Positions 13,649 to 26,795 of a stretch of 64,000 nucleotides of DNA are shown one piece after another. Source of the stretch: Daphnia carinata (taxonomy: Eukaryota); NCBI RefSeq assembly GCF_022539665.2, contig NC_081331.1:6138001-6202000 (forward strand), written 5' to 3'. The first letter of the stretch is position 1; every line of letters starts with the position of its first letter. The position numbers were made by a program, and so were the translations under genes. The notes under the pieces were generated by a model. It was given only the letters and a program-made list of their open reading frames with translations, did no database searches and was not told where the DNA came from.

Positions 13649-16600
13649 ATGGCGGCCGAAATATGGCCATCCAGGATCGTCTATGGCCGACTGTTGGTCT
13701 TGTGTTACCTTGCCGTGCATCACGTCGGTGTCGCTTACGAGACCGACGTTAAAGACGGTAAGAGCCCCAACATTTGAAATCTCATCACCCCGCCCTTCAA
13801 TTTTGATTGGGAAAAGTCAAACGTTCGGTTAGGCAACGCGAACGCTTTTCATTCCCCGAGATCAAATTGATAGCGATAAAAAAAACGTATAGAAAAACCC
13901 CTGGCTGCTTTTTACGTGTATCTGTGATGTTTCGATTTAATCACGCGGGGTGCGTGTAATTAATGTTTTACATCGTACTTTAATGTCGGTTTATGTTTGC
14001 TCTCACGAGTAATTAAAAACAAAATAATAGCAGATGAAAAAACAAAAGTGCACGTTTTTCTTTTGGTTATCCTCTTTCATCTCGACAAGAGTAAAAACGA
14101 GATCAGCAAACGCTACACAATCGAAAAAGAAAACATCCGTACCCATTATTAATCCGGTGCGAGTAAAAAAAAAATAATAAGCAGCGAAACCCATTTGTTT
14201 TTTTGGGGGGGGGATAGCGTCCCGCGTTTGCAGAACTCAGATCCGTGGAAATGAAACATTCACGTCGGCCCGTTTTTCTCCTCTTTTTCGTTTGAGTTAT
14301 TGTTAAGCTCATTATTAAGATGGGTAACCTTGCCAGCAAACAACTGGCTGCTGCTGCGCGAAAAGGAAAATGTAAATCCCCTTCCATGTCGGGCGGGGGG
14401 GAGGGGGGCCACAGGTGCCTTTGAATACCTAATCTTTTCGTTGGATCGCTTACGTGTTATGTATATGTAGGCGACCTTTCTTTTTAGTAAAAAGGACTTT
14501 CTCGCAATTCTCTTTTCGCATTGTCGTTTTGATTGATATAAGTGAATAAAATAGCGGCGTGCCACACCAAAATGAAAGGCAATTGATGGCAAGGCGTGTC
14601 CCCCCCCCCCCTCTACTTGGCAATCAATCTCTGTAGGTGTTGTTTGGGGGAAAAAAAAGGGAGAGTGTTATAACCGGAAGATGAAACGAAGATGAACGAA
14701 CAAAGTGGTTTTCGATATCCAATTGAACAGTCGGTCATAATACAAGGGCACACACTTTGTTTGTTTTTGTTTTTTTAAATAAAGGAAAGACAATTGACTT
14801 TGCGTCTCATCGACTTGGATCTTTCTTCACGGGTCGCTTATTTTTTTGTTGTACCGTCCGCTCGATAAATCGAGCAGCTGCGTGTGCCGCGATACACGCG
14901 ACTGGCCAGTACGTAAAAAACAATGTTGCTATTCAAAGAAGACTCCCTTTTTCTTTTTTTGCTTTTGCGTTTGCCCGCGTTGAGAAAATAAAAAGGAAAT
15001 GAATTACAAAAGGAAAGGCAGCCGGTCGCCAATGTTTTCCACTCGGTCTGCCACATCAAACTTCATATATGCGGAGTCCTCGGTGTTTATTTATTTTTGT
15101 TTTGTTCTGTTTTCGGTGGAACACACGACAACGAAAATCCTGGAAGCGAAAGCCCCCGTCTCTTTTTCGCAACAACAACAAAGTGAGACAAACAAAAGAA
15201 AGACGCACGCAAAATAACGAATAACCGCGTCTCGAAATCACACACACAAAAGAGGGAAAACAAAATAAAGCTTTTTTCTTAATTAATAATATTTTTCATT
15301 TACAAAGGTTTTTCATCATTTCTCGGTTGGCACCACACGTGGCTAAATTGTTCATTGTCTCTTATATATATATATATATATATTTTGCGGCTTCGCGTTT
15401 TTTTTTTTCTTAAAGATAATGCACCTGGCGTCGCCTTTGGAGACCATTCAAGAAAAAGAATGGAGATCAAAAGGATAAAAGCAACACCATAAATAGGGAT
15501 GAGAAGGAGCTATGTATATATACGTATATATATATATATATATATGAGTCCCGCGTTTTCCCCCTTTTAACTTTGAAAAACAAACAGAAACGTCCAGCAA
15601 AGAGCGGCTCGGTTGGACGACGACGCGTGACTTGCAAAAGAGATTTTGGCCCGTTCTGTTGTCTTTGCTCCCGTTGGTGGGAGGACAGAAACAAACGGAT
15701 GGGGTGGAGGGAAGCTGGGGCGCTCATATTAGATGTGCGTTTTTTAAAAGGAATCGACCGTGACGTGCGATAAATGTCGTCAACGATGTCTCGCAGACGT
15801 GTGGGAGAAAAATCAAAAGTATTTGTCCATCCCGGCGATGAGGGTAAAAGAATAGTCCCGCCCGTCTGTCCGCTTTTTTTTTTTTTTTTTTTTTTCTTTA
15901 TTGTTCGCTCGTTTATTTTAGATGACGTCAGAGCTTGGATGTGTGCCATATCTCTTTGGGATAAATGTGATGGCAATCAAAGAACGAACCGCTAGATTTG
16001 TTTTTATTTTATTTTTATTCGGGTGTGAGTTTTTCTTTTCAAATGGATGGCCGTTGGACTGTCCCGACGCGACACGCACATATTCCATTTTTTATTATTA
16101 CATTTTTTTTTTCTCTTTATCGTTTTGTTTATTCGCGTTATTCGATATGCCGTGATACACAATGTGTTACATTGCCGATGCCAGAATTGCGCAAGATTTA
16201 AAAGAGAAATGCAAAAAGAAAGAGAGGTGATCATCAGGCGGTCGAGTCAATAAATGCAGCCACCCATTTTCTGTTCCAGTAGGAGCCGAACGAGAGCCAA
16301 GTTGAACACAATAAAAAGCAACGACTTTGAATCAGTACCCATCGGTCCCGTATAGTTTGTCGTTGGCCGCCACACTTCCTTTTTTTTCTGCTCGCCATTG
16401 ATCAAGACAGATCGCAATCAAGCAGTTCGATTTTCAAACGCACGCAGAAACAAATGAATCGTTTAGTTTCTTTTCTTCTCCCTCCCCTCCACTCCGTTTT
16501 TGTTGCTGATGCGAGAAACTCGTTTGATGTTTTCGTGCTGATTGTCCTCTTCCCTCCTCCTTTTCTTTTTTTTTATGATTTGAAAAATAGGCGGGCCAAA

Positions 16601-17674
16601 CGGAGCGACAGCCACGATAATCGCATTTTCTACTCTATTAGGTTAAACTTTTGGTTCCAACGACATTTGATGCTCTGCATGGCCCACTGCCTTTTTACGT
16701 AAATCGCGTTTCAAAAATATATGTATTAGGAAATAGTTAAAAAAAAACTAAATGAAAAATATGGAAGGGGGGGGGCGTGTTTTGTTTATATTGGTTGAAT
16801 ATATAACAGCAGAACAAAAAAAAAAAAAAATTTGAGACTTAAGGAGCGAATGAAGGAGACACATATACTGGAGCTCTATTTCATTCCTGTGTACAGGCCC
16901 CGCGCTCTGTTTGTTCCAGACGTTGTATATATATATATATATATAGGAAAAAGACCGATCGATAATGTTGGAGTTATCCTATACAGCCCTCCTCTTAGTT
17001 TTTGTTTGTTTTGTTTTTTTCACGCCGCCCACTTCCGAGTGTGAAATTATAAGGAGGGTGCACATCATAAACGGGGGCATTGACAGTTGACGTATGGCTG
17101 CGGATGTAGGATGTGAAAAAAAAAAAAGAAAAAAAAATTAACGGTTATTATGTTTTCTATTGTTCGGCTTTTTTTAAAGCCGTAGTGTAAGGACTTCCCC
17201 ACCGGAAATAATAAATGCGTACTACATCACCTGCCACCCTTTTAAACGATGATTTATTAACGTTTAATAACACGATGAATTTGAACGGAGCTACGTGAAA
17301 GCCTTTCTTTTTTTCATTCTCGACAGCTTTTCAAGTGTGTTTCTTTTGATTAGAACAGCACTCAGCATCTGCGATAGAAGCTGCAAAAAATAAAGCTTTG
17401 CCACTAGCGAGGAACAAGATCGTGACTAGGAAAAAAAAAAAAAGACAGTAGAACATCAGCGTGTGTGTTGGCCCTTTTGATGCAGTTGTATTGCACTATA
17501 TTGATACACACACACACACACACATAGAACCTACTTCTCTGTATCTAGCGCACACAGAAAAGGATACTGATGGATCTCGTACTCGATGTCAGAGTCTTAT
17601 ACTTGCTGATCTAATTACCGGCACATTCGAAGCGTTGCTAATGGCACACGAGGAAGCTCCGTCGGCATTGACGA

Positions 17675-17710
<36 letters not shown>

Positions 17711-20700
17711 CACAGAAAAAAAGAACCTCCTGCTGCGAAATAAGAGAACACCTCCGTCTAGACTTATTCGTAGAACGTAAAGCCTTTTTTTTTTTTTGTT
17801 TTGTTGCGTAGGTTAAATATATATAAAAAATAAAATAAAATGAAGGTGAAAAAAAAAAGTACAAAATCAAGGCGGGAGATTAAAAAGATCTTCCAAGAAG
17901 AAAGGCTATAACAATGTTTCGCCCCCCCCCCCCCTCATCCCGCACTTTTAATGAAACTCTAATAAAGATGATCGAAGTCATGATTGTACCCAAACCTTTA
18001 ACTTGGGCATTAATTCAGGATTTACGTCCAAGTTGAAATCCCAACAACAACAAAAATAAAACTTTTGAGTGGCTGATCCTCAGTGTGTGTAGTGCTGCCT
18101 GGCCAAACGGGAATAATGGTTCTATATAAATGTAGTGAGATTGATCACCATGACAGCATAAGGTTTTGGCGTGGACTGCGTGTATGGTTGTCCTAAAAGT
18201 TTGTTGCGACAAAGACCCCAAATATAGATGTCACAAGAAGAGGAGAAAATAGAAATAATAAATAAGAAGGACTGTAAATCGTCCAGGTAGTTAACGTAAC
18301 GACAAACTTTGCACTTAACCGCGCAGGACTAGCCATCCCGGGGTCCATAATGTATCGTCATTAAAAAAACATCTAAATGCGTGGATGTATATCTCAGCCG
18401 TTGACGTTATTGCATTAACGATAAATCTTGTAAACATCGAAAGAAAACTCCCTTTTTTTTTGGGGGGGGGGGGCGGGACTCAGACGTGGTGAATTGGTTT
18501 CATTTCCGCCGGAAATCAAAGTTTAACGAAGCGCTAAAGATTATATAGGGAAGAACATATAGAGATGATTGTCATTTAAATATTGATTTAGTGTGGAGAG
18601 ACAGCGATCAGGCATTCGCGCAGAGTAAATGCTGGCAGAAAGACATCCTGGATTTGGATGCTGGTTGGACGAGCATTCGGTCTAGTGGGCAGCATCATCA
18701 CCACCATCATCATCACCGTCACCAGTATCTGCCCGAGTTGGAACCGATGCGCATGGAGATGAGGCCGCCGTACGGAATCCAATCGCCTAATCATCACGTC
18801 ACCGTCAAAATGGCCATCGCTTACGGAGGCGTAGCTCGTCTGCCCTGTCCAGTCAGGCAACTGGGCAACAAGACAGTAAACACAATTTGTCTCGCATTTT
18901 TTTATTAAGACGTCGTTTTGACCTCAACTTGGCCATTTGCAAACACGGACGCAAACTTAGCTTTCAATCAAATGTTATTTGTGGGAGGGTGAGAGAGAGA
19001 GAGAGAGTGTAATATCAAGACACATCACTTGTTATTTGCTTGGAGAATTGAAAGGCTTCGTCAAGCAAGTCAAAAGAGCTTCATCAAGAAGCATGTCATC
19101 CGATTTAGGGAGAACTGTTGTAATGGCGTGTGCAAGCGCGGGGAATTCAAACTTCGCCTCATTCGCACAATGCCCTCTCATCCGCGTTTAATTCCTCCGA
19201 GGGCGGGTGTGCAAGCTGAAGAAAACTTTACTTTCTTTTTCTTTTTAATTACCATTTTCTTTGTCCAATGTGCCTGTTCCCTTTTGATTTTCGAAAGCAA
19301 AACTTTGATATAGTTCTTTTATTTTCTAATTTCCCTCAATGAACTTGACGTCCGACGGCTCTTTTATGAAGCACTTACACGAACGCAGTACCGAAAAAAC
19401 AAAAAAACAAGAGACGTCGCTATCATTTGATTAATTTAAAAAAAAAAGGAACGTTGGGAATAGCCGTTGGTATTGTAGATTAGATCATGTAGCCACGTCG
19501 ATGTCCTCCTAGCAACGTTCCGCTAATAGACAAGGGACGATGTTGCCGATGGGCTGTTATACAGTCGGATGATTGTTTGTTTACTAATGAATGTGTATAC
19601 AACACGTTTTTTCTTTGTATTTCTTTTTTGGGGGGGATGCGTAAAAAAAAATGAAAAAAACAGGTTTCTTGGATGAAACATTCTGAGGACAGCGTCCAAC
19701 TACTGACTGTGGGCAACGGAACGTATTCCAATGACAATCGGTTAGCCATCGCGTGGCGTTACCCCGGCAACTGGACGCTGCAGATATCTTCGCTCGAACT
19801 GCAGGACACCGGCTGCTACCAGTGTCAAGTACATATTGATTTTTCGTGTGATTTATTTTTATACATTACACGACATGAAATAAAAACTAATTTCACGCGA
19901 TTTTTTTTTTCTCATATTGGCGTAGGTCAATACACATCCGCCTATCGGCCTCTTCGTCTATCTGCACATTCGAGGTATGTAATAAAAAAAAAAAGAGATT
20001 TTAATCAACAAAAAAAAAAAAATGCTCTTTCGTGAGCGTGGATATATAATATTTAAGTTGTCTTTGACCCTTGGGTCGGCATCAATCCTACTTTGTTATC
20101 GATTCGACCATTGCCGCAAAGTATATACGGCACTGCAGGCCCTCATCAATCCCATTGCCAGCCCAGAGTGCGGTCCATCTTGTTTTGACATCCATCCGGG
20201 GCTAAGACTTGGTCTACTCATTAAATTTCTGTTTTTTGCAAGAGGAACTGGACGCGCTCACGTAGGCGTTCTATCTTAATCATTTTTTTTTTTTTTTACA
20301 ACTGTTTTTCTTTTGCGTGAAAAACACAAAAAAAAAAAATAAGTGGCTTTCTTATAGCATCAAACGGCCGAATCTTTCCCTTTGCGGCCCGTGTCTTGCT
20401 CAGAGATGTTGGAACCAGAAGGCAACGAGTGAGAGGTTCATATGTTGTTTTCCTTTCTTTCGTCAACAGATAGTTGAAAGTAAGGCGTGAGTCTGTACAG
20501 AATTGGTTTTTTTTTTTTTTTTTGCTTTAGTTTGTTGACTTCTCAAGCGCAAGTCTTTCAGATTGCTCCTGTGCCGGGATAGATCCAGTCCCGAGAGTGT
20601 GTAGAGGATCACAAAAGGCTTGAATGTATCACACTGTCAAGGTCCCTCTTGCCAAAAAAAAAAAAAAAAAAAAAAAAAAAGCGGAAACTACGCCACAAAA

Positions 20701-22629
20701 AAGCCGACAGTTTTATTTTGAAACATTTATTTTTTTTTCTTTAAAAATAAAAAAATAAAAATACCCTTGCCGTTCGTGTTTGAAGCCTCTTCGAAGCAGA
20801 TGCAAAGCAGAATCACGGCGTTTCCGTGAATACTCAATAACCCGAAAACCTAATAAAAAGGCTTCATTTTGAAACAAAAGAGGTAACAAAAAAAAAAAAA
20901 AGGACAAATCGAGACATCAAAAGACGGGCATTTCTTAAAAAAAAAAAAAAAAAAAAAATCCCCATCAGGATCAACTGTCAAATTACATATGCTCTCAATT
21001 TTTCTTGTTTTTTTACATTTAAAATTAAGTATCGCTTCTATCTTTCTTTTGGGGGAGGCCTCCATCCAAAATAAAGACCGAGATGACGTGCGGAGGGGGG
21101 TTGTTCATATCGATCAATGGCAAACCGATACCGATGTAACGAACTCGACATTTCAATTCGGCTACGTAATAACGCAACGTCCTTCTTTCATCTCCTTGCA
21201 CCTCTTTTTCTTATTTCAAATTCGGAACATTCAAAGAGCATAGCGAAACTGCTTGCCATATATGCATCTATTACGATCATCGTGTACGCTTGATTGCCTT
21301 TAGCTATCTGACATATCGGCAGGAAATTCAAAACCCTTCCCCCACCCTTTCCCCCATGAGATTGTCTGCGTTAAGAAACGCGTCAGAGAGATGCCGCACA
21401 GTTCAAACGTAAATGCGGCCTCTCTTAAGTCGCGTATTTCTTATTTTATTTTTATTTTTTTGGAAAAGAAGCAAATCCGGAGAGACGTGTCATGTCTGTC
21501 AACGGGGTAGTGCATTTATGGTTGAAAAGTCGTGCGGGACAGACTGGAGCCAAAGTTGGACGGGTACAGGGAGAGGAGGGGAACTAAAAAAGTTTTCCGT
21601 CTAAATAAACCGCTGCTGTCATAATCCATGATGTCGCATACTCTCATAAGTACTGTACGTGTATCATGTTGCATACATGTACTGTAAAGCGTTCCAATCC
21701 CTTACCCAGTCCTTTAGTTCCTCCTCCCACCCCTTATTTTCAAAAAAACTTTTTTTTGGGGGGGACAATGGAATTTTTCTATTAAACGAAAAAAAAAAAA
21801 CTTTTGTCTGTGTTTGACATCAATCTAAATGTCTCAGCAGCAAACAGAAAAAAGAAGAAGAAGAAGAAGCAGGAAATGCTAAGCAGATACTCGGCGAAGG
21901 CTAAACTTGACTGTTATTGATTAAATTACCTCGCGGCGCAGAGATATGAAAAAAAAAAAAAAATGCACTTCTTCATGCAGGTCCAGCTGTGGCCATTGTG
22001 GACGAAGGAAACATTTCTATTAGCGAAGCTGTTTTCAAAAATGGCGCTTTAATCCGGTTGGTGTGCCAAGTGCGACAGGCCGACAGGGACAATTTCTCAC
22101 TGCACTGGAAATTCGGATCGACCATTCTCAATCACGACACACAGCGAGGTGGTGTCAGGTAGGTCCATCGACTGTTGCTGATTTCTAAAGCCATCTTTTT
22201 CGATTAATCTTGTTGATGTACCCCGTCGTTGGCACATGAAAGTGTCAAGACGGAGCGGAAAGGTCGGGACGCTGTCAGCTGGCTTCTGATGGCTAGGGCG
22301 AATTCACGCGATTCGGGAATCTACAGCTGTTCAGTGGACAACCGGTCAGAGGCCATCGTGTCTGTTCACGTCATCCAAGGTAATAATTCTAATGGCAATG
22401 AAGAAGGAATAATGATTTACACCAATACAGAAATAGGACACGTGAACGAGTTGCTAATTTGCATTTGAAAATGCCATGCTTTTGAATTGATTATTGACTT
22501 ATTTTAAATATTGGGACGGGCGAAACAGGTGAACAGCAGGCGGCCGTTCAAGAATTGACGGGCGTGGCCGTACGGCACTTTAGCGTTTGGATTCTTCTCT
22601 TCGTGATTGGTCATTCGGTACTTTACTGA
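13649..22629 (+). CDS. dpr: Dpr (defective proboscis extension response) / zwei-Ig family two-Ig cell-surface protein; 7 exons: 13649-13757, 18592-18875, 19664-19828, 19926-19974, 21981-22158, 22243-22379, 22529-22629
   Basis: Ig1: ARLPCPVRQLGNKTVSWMK...LLTVGNGTYSNDNR...WTLQI...DTGCYQCQVNTHP. Ig2: IRLVCQV...LHW...LNHDTQRGGVSVKTE...DSGIYSC. Signal-peptide-like exon 1 splices in phase 1 to exon 2. Hydrophobic C-terminal tail (FSVWILLFVIGHSVLY*) is GPI-signal-like. Exon 1 is the least certain exon. Confidence 0.88.
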
Positions 22630-25506
22630 CGTTGCATCTCTCCATTTTTTTTTAGTTGTGTGTTATTAAACAACTCTGCCGTACCTATTTTGTGTACATA
22701 AGGCGAAAACGTCTACTTCTCGCCATAAAAAAAAAAACGAAAACAAATAAAAAAATGAAATAAACATACGTATAGAAATAAAAAATGTCCATATCTCATA
22801 AAACCCTGTCATTGTTTATAATGTATGGTTGTCGGATTCGTGACACCCTTTTCTGTCTCGTGATTCATTTGTCATACGAAGGTTGAACCAAATAAAAAAA
22901 AATGATAATAATCCATTGCTCTTTTGAATTGTCATTGAATTTTCAATAGCAGAACAGACACATGTAAATACTAAAAAAAAAGAAGCACATAAAATGTAAT
23001 GGCTGAAATAAGTGAACTGCTTATCAAACGATCTCGTTCAACGTCGAAAGAAGCCATCTGCAATTTGCGTAACAATGGAATTACTGCGTCGTGTGAGTGA
23101 GACAAGCACTTCATCATCTCTTGTTTCTGCGGTTCTCTAAAGAATATTCGTGCCATGTATCCTCTGCTCGTTCAGAAAAAGAAAGAAAGAAAAGAAAAAA
23201 CAACAAGTTGTTGTTAATTAGAAACTCTGATGTCTGGTACTCGACAAGGACGCGATCTGTGCACATGGGAGTTTTCAAGAGATAATGAATTAGGCGTCGA
23301 GCTATTTGCCAGCGCAGGTAAATTGCGTGTCCCAAGATATTAAGTGGCATGGAGAAAGTTGACAGCTGACGTATGCACATGTTCCGTGAACTTTTCCATT
23401 ATACTTTTCCTTGTGAGCAGAGTCTACTAGTTAGCATAAACAATAGCCTGCGTTCTAGATACCTCTATATACTTCCGTTTTATTAGCCATGTCAGACGGG
23501 AAGCGTCGTCTCGGGCCATTGGAATAACAGCCCTCGCGTGATATGAAACTTGTCAACAGTAACACAAAAATTGCAGAACGCATAAAGTCGACGATCGATG
23601 CATTGCCAACGACACGCCCCATTCCTGGGAAGTTATTTATTTTTATTTATTTTTTTTTTTTCTCTGGTATTTTGTGTAAATAGTGCATACAATAGAGTTG
23701 GCTGCATTTTCAAAATCTATCCAATTAAAATAAATCGAATTTTACCCGGCCTTATATCAATGCGGAATAACTTTTCTACGAGGCCAGAGGGAAAGGAGGA
23801 AATAATAATAAAAAAAAGTTTAACAATGCGTCCAGGACAACCAACTTGCGGTTTGCTGCTTCTTCCAGACCTGATTTTTTCTTATTTAGAAAAAAATAAT
23901 AATAAATCTTTAGGACTATTACTCAGAGATTTCCATCGTTATAGAAATAAGCCCTCCGTACGTCCCCACAGACGCAAAACTGTAACAAGAAAAGCAAAGA
24001 AACGGAATTAAGCCGTTTTTTTTTAAGTATAGATTTACATCCTATCGTATTGTATGGGCTCGAAAATGCGGAATAAATAATTCGTGAATAAAACTTCAAA
24101 TCGGGTTCTTTTTTCCTACACATTAAACATCCACATCGCGTCTCGCTACTAAATTTGGAATCGATGCAAACATTTGATATCCAAAGTTAGAAACCCCCCC
24201 TTTTTTCATTCGAAACGGATGTGCCACGACCTTTGCGAGTGGCTGAGAAACATCTTAACTCTTCAGCATGGCGCATAATATTTAAATTTGACTGCTTAAC
24301 TCAAAGGGCCCGCAAATAATATATTGGCCACGAGGGGGGAAAACTTGGATGAGAACAGCCGAATCTAGCAATAAAAGACGAATGAAAAGAGGATTGATAA
24401 AGAAAAGAAGTTCAGAGTTTTTCTATTTTTTTGAGCTTTATATCGTATTAAATCATCGTCGAAGTCTCTGGCACAAAGTCCAGCAGACAAAAGCCTCTTT
24501 TAATGCTGTCCTCGCCAGCATTATTCGCACACGGGAACAAAAGTTTCGTGAACTTTTAATACCGGTCAGAATGGTTTGATGAGAATGAAAGAGAAAAAAA
24601 AAATTGGCAAAGCGAACAAGTGGAGCTCGACATACAATGGATTGGCGAAGCATCGAACCCAAGAAAAAAAAGTCCCTGTCTCCTCAGGAATGTAAATAGA
24701 TGTTGGAAGTTTCATCCGACCTATTTTTCGTCAGCAGGATACGAAAAGAAAGGATTTTTTTTAAAGAGAAAAACGATAAAAATTTGGAACTCTCCGTATT
24801 ATTTCGTAATGATATTATGTCGTCTATTTGGCTTTCACTTTCACATCCGTTTTTTTCTTTTTCGCAACGAAGCGTTAGTCAAAGTTTTGCATAAGCAGAA
24901 TTCAACACTAGATATGTCTTGATGAAATTACGGCTGTCACGAAAAGAGAGAACATTTTGCAAAGTAAGTATTCACGAAGAACAAATGAAGTTCCACAGTG
25001 GCAAATTTCTCTGAAGTCGAACGTTTCATGGGAACGAACTGCTTTTTAGAAAGCTGTTTAAAATAGCGACCGCTAGATGGCTCTTTATTTTTACCGCCGG
25101 AACTTACAAAACACGAAATATTTTATCTTAGCAATTACAAGTTACGAGTATATTAGAAATTGTGCAAGTAACCACAATACCATTAGTGTGTCCGTACACC
25201 ATATTTCATCCAGAGGTTTAATACAAAACGCTGAGATAGCACTTTAGAATAAATGAGCACGAGAGCGAAAACGATACCACAAGCTAGGGCTAAGCAAAAA
25301 AAGTAACTGACCTCGCTAACCCAGTGTTTCCACTTTCCGCAAAGTGGTATCCCTAGAACGTTGCCAGACTGGGGACATAAATCCCTATTTAAAAAAAATA
25401 AAATCCCCAGAAAAATCCCTGTTACTTTCATGGCATACTCACATGGCCTACTATAATAACGGCCTGTCTGTGCATTGCCAGAGGGGCGTAATACCCCAAA
25501 CCGAGC

Positions 25507-25572
25507 TCCACTTTCCACTGTTTGGTAACGAATGCAGAATTGAAATGTGTGGGAAAAACAGTGGAAAGTGGA
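25507..25572. repeat. 17-bp perfect inverted repeat (MITE-like remnant)
   Basis: tccactttccactgttt (25507-25523) and aaacagtggaaagtgga (25556-25572); a related motif lies at ~25327-25338. Confidence 0.7.
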
Positions 25573-26269
25573 ACCTAGCGCCGCGCGTGGCCAGCTTACG
25601 GTAGGAAAGGGAAAAAAGAAATGACTGAGGCTCGGATCTCCAGCTTATATATAGCTTGTTATATTGTTATATAACATATATATAGCATAACATTATATAG
25701 CTTATATATAGCTTGTTGTCAATAAATAATATTACCATTCTCTACTTACAAAACCAACCTCTTTCATGCTTGAACTTCATCGGCACGTTACAGAAAGTTA
25801 GAGAAAAATATTAGAGAAAAATATTGTTAGATACCAACATAAACTATTATAACAACAAAAACTTACGGGTAGCGAATTGGGTCACATATCCCGATGATAA
25901 GCTGCCTGCATCCACGAGCCGTCTTTCAGGCCGTGGGGAGGCTAACGAACAGCCTACGTTCAACGATCACCTCTTCTCTACCTTTCAGCTTGTGGTTCGA
26001 TCTTCAAGGTAGTGAACAGTACTACAGATCGATTTTTAGCCTGGCAATGCTTTTTTTTGGTGTGCCATTTAGCCCCTTTATAGTAGGCATGGCTCTTCTT
26101 TTTTCTCTTTTCTTTTCTTTCTTCTTTTTTTCTCTCTTCTTTTTTTCTTTCTTGAAAGAGGCGTAGAATTTTGCGTCTTGATCTGTTGTAGAAGCTTGCG
26201 TAATCCGATGAATGTTGCGTATCTTGATTATCTTGAATGAAGATTTGGAGGGAAAGGGAGGGGGGAAAT

Positions 26270-26342
26270 TGGCGGTGTCGGGACTTGAACCCAGGGCCTT
26301 CAGAATGCGAAGCGAAGGTGGTAACCACTGTGCCAGGACCGC
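26270..26342 (-). pseudogene. tRNA-like sequence (Val/Ala-derived pseudo-tRNA or SINE-like head)
   Basis: Minus strand reads GCGGTCCTGGCACAGTGGTTACCACCTTCGCTTCGCATTCTGAAGGCCCTGGGTTCAAGTCCCGACACCGCCA. A box TGGCACAGTGG, B box GGTTCAAGTCC, partial acceptor stem GCGGT/ACCGC; D and anticodon stems are imperfect. Confidence 0.7.
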
Positions 26343-26414
26343 ACATCTCAAACAAATTTATTTTTCATCGACCTTCGTTCTAATACCGGAGCTATATAAT
26401 ATGTGACTAATAGT

Positions 26415-26495
26415 GGTGTTGCGCTGTGGTAGGGCGCTGTGGTATAGCACTGAGATCATACGTCGACTGTCCGTGTTCGGTTCTTATAGACGCCA
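26415..26495 (+). pseudogene. Highly degenerate tRNA-like sequence, divergent from the previous unit
   Basis: GCGCTGTGGTA (A-box-like) is duplicated, followed by GTTCGGTTC (B-box-like); GGCG..CGCCA ends. Confidence 0.35.
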
Positions 26496-26569
26496 TTGCT
26501 TCAAAAAAATTTTTATTATTTTTATAAATGTAAATAAAAAAGAAGAGTAGTGGCTGGCTAAACCTCTCC

Positions 26570-26795
26570 CCGACCAACGAAAGCAAACAAAGAAAAACGA
26601 TAGCGTCATATCTTAAGGAGTAAATTATTGTAATTCTCGGTTTTGGCGGGATGGACGAAAAAGAAGAAAGAAAAAATTCCGACCAACGAAAGAAAAAAAA
26701 AACAAAAGAAAAACGATAGCGTCATAGCTAAGGGAGTAAATTATTGTAATTCTCGGTTTTGGCGGGGTGGAAGAAAAAGGGAAGAAAGAAAAAAT
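26570..26795 (+). repeat. ~110-bp tandem repeat, 2 copies
   Basis: ccgaccaacgaaag...gatagcgtcata...ggagtaaattattgtaattctcggttttggcggg...gaagaaagaaaaaat begins at ~26570 and again at ~26679. Confidence 0.85.

Noticed and set aside
26570..26795. CRISPR-like array
   Set aside because: Only two long units without unique spacers, in a eukaryotic context with no cas genes
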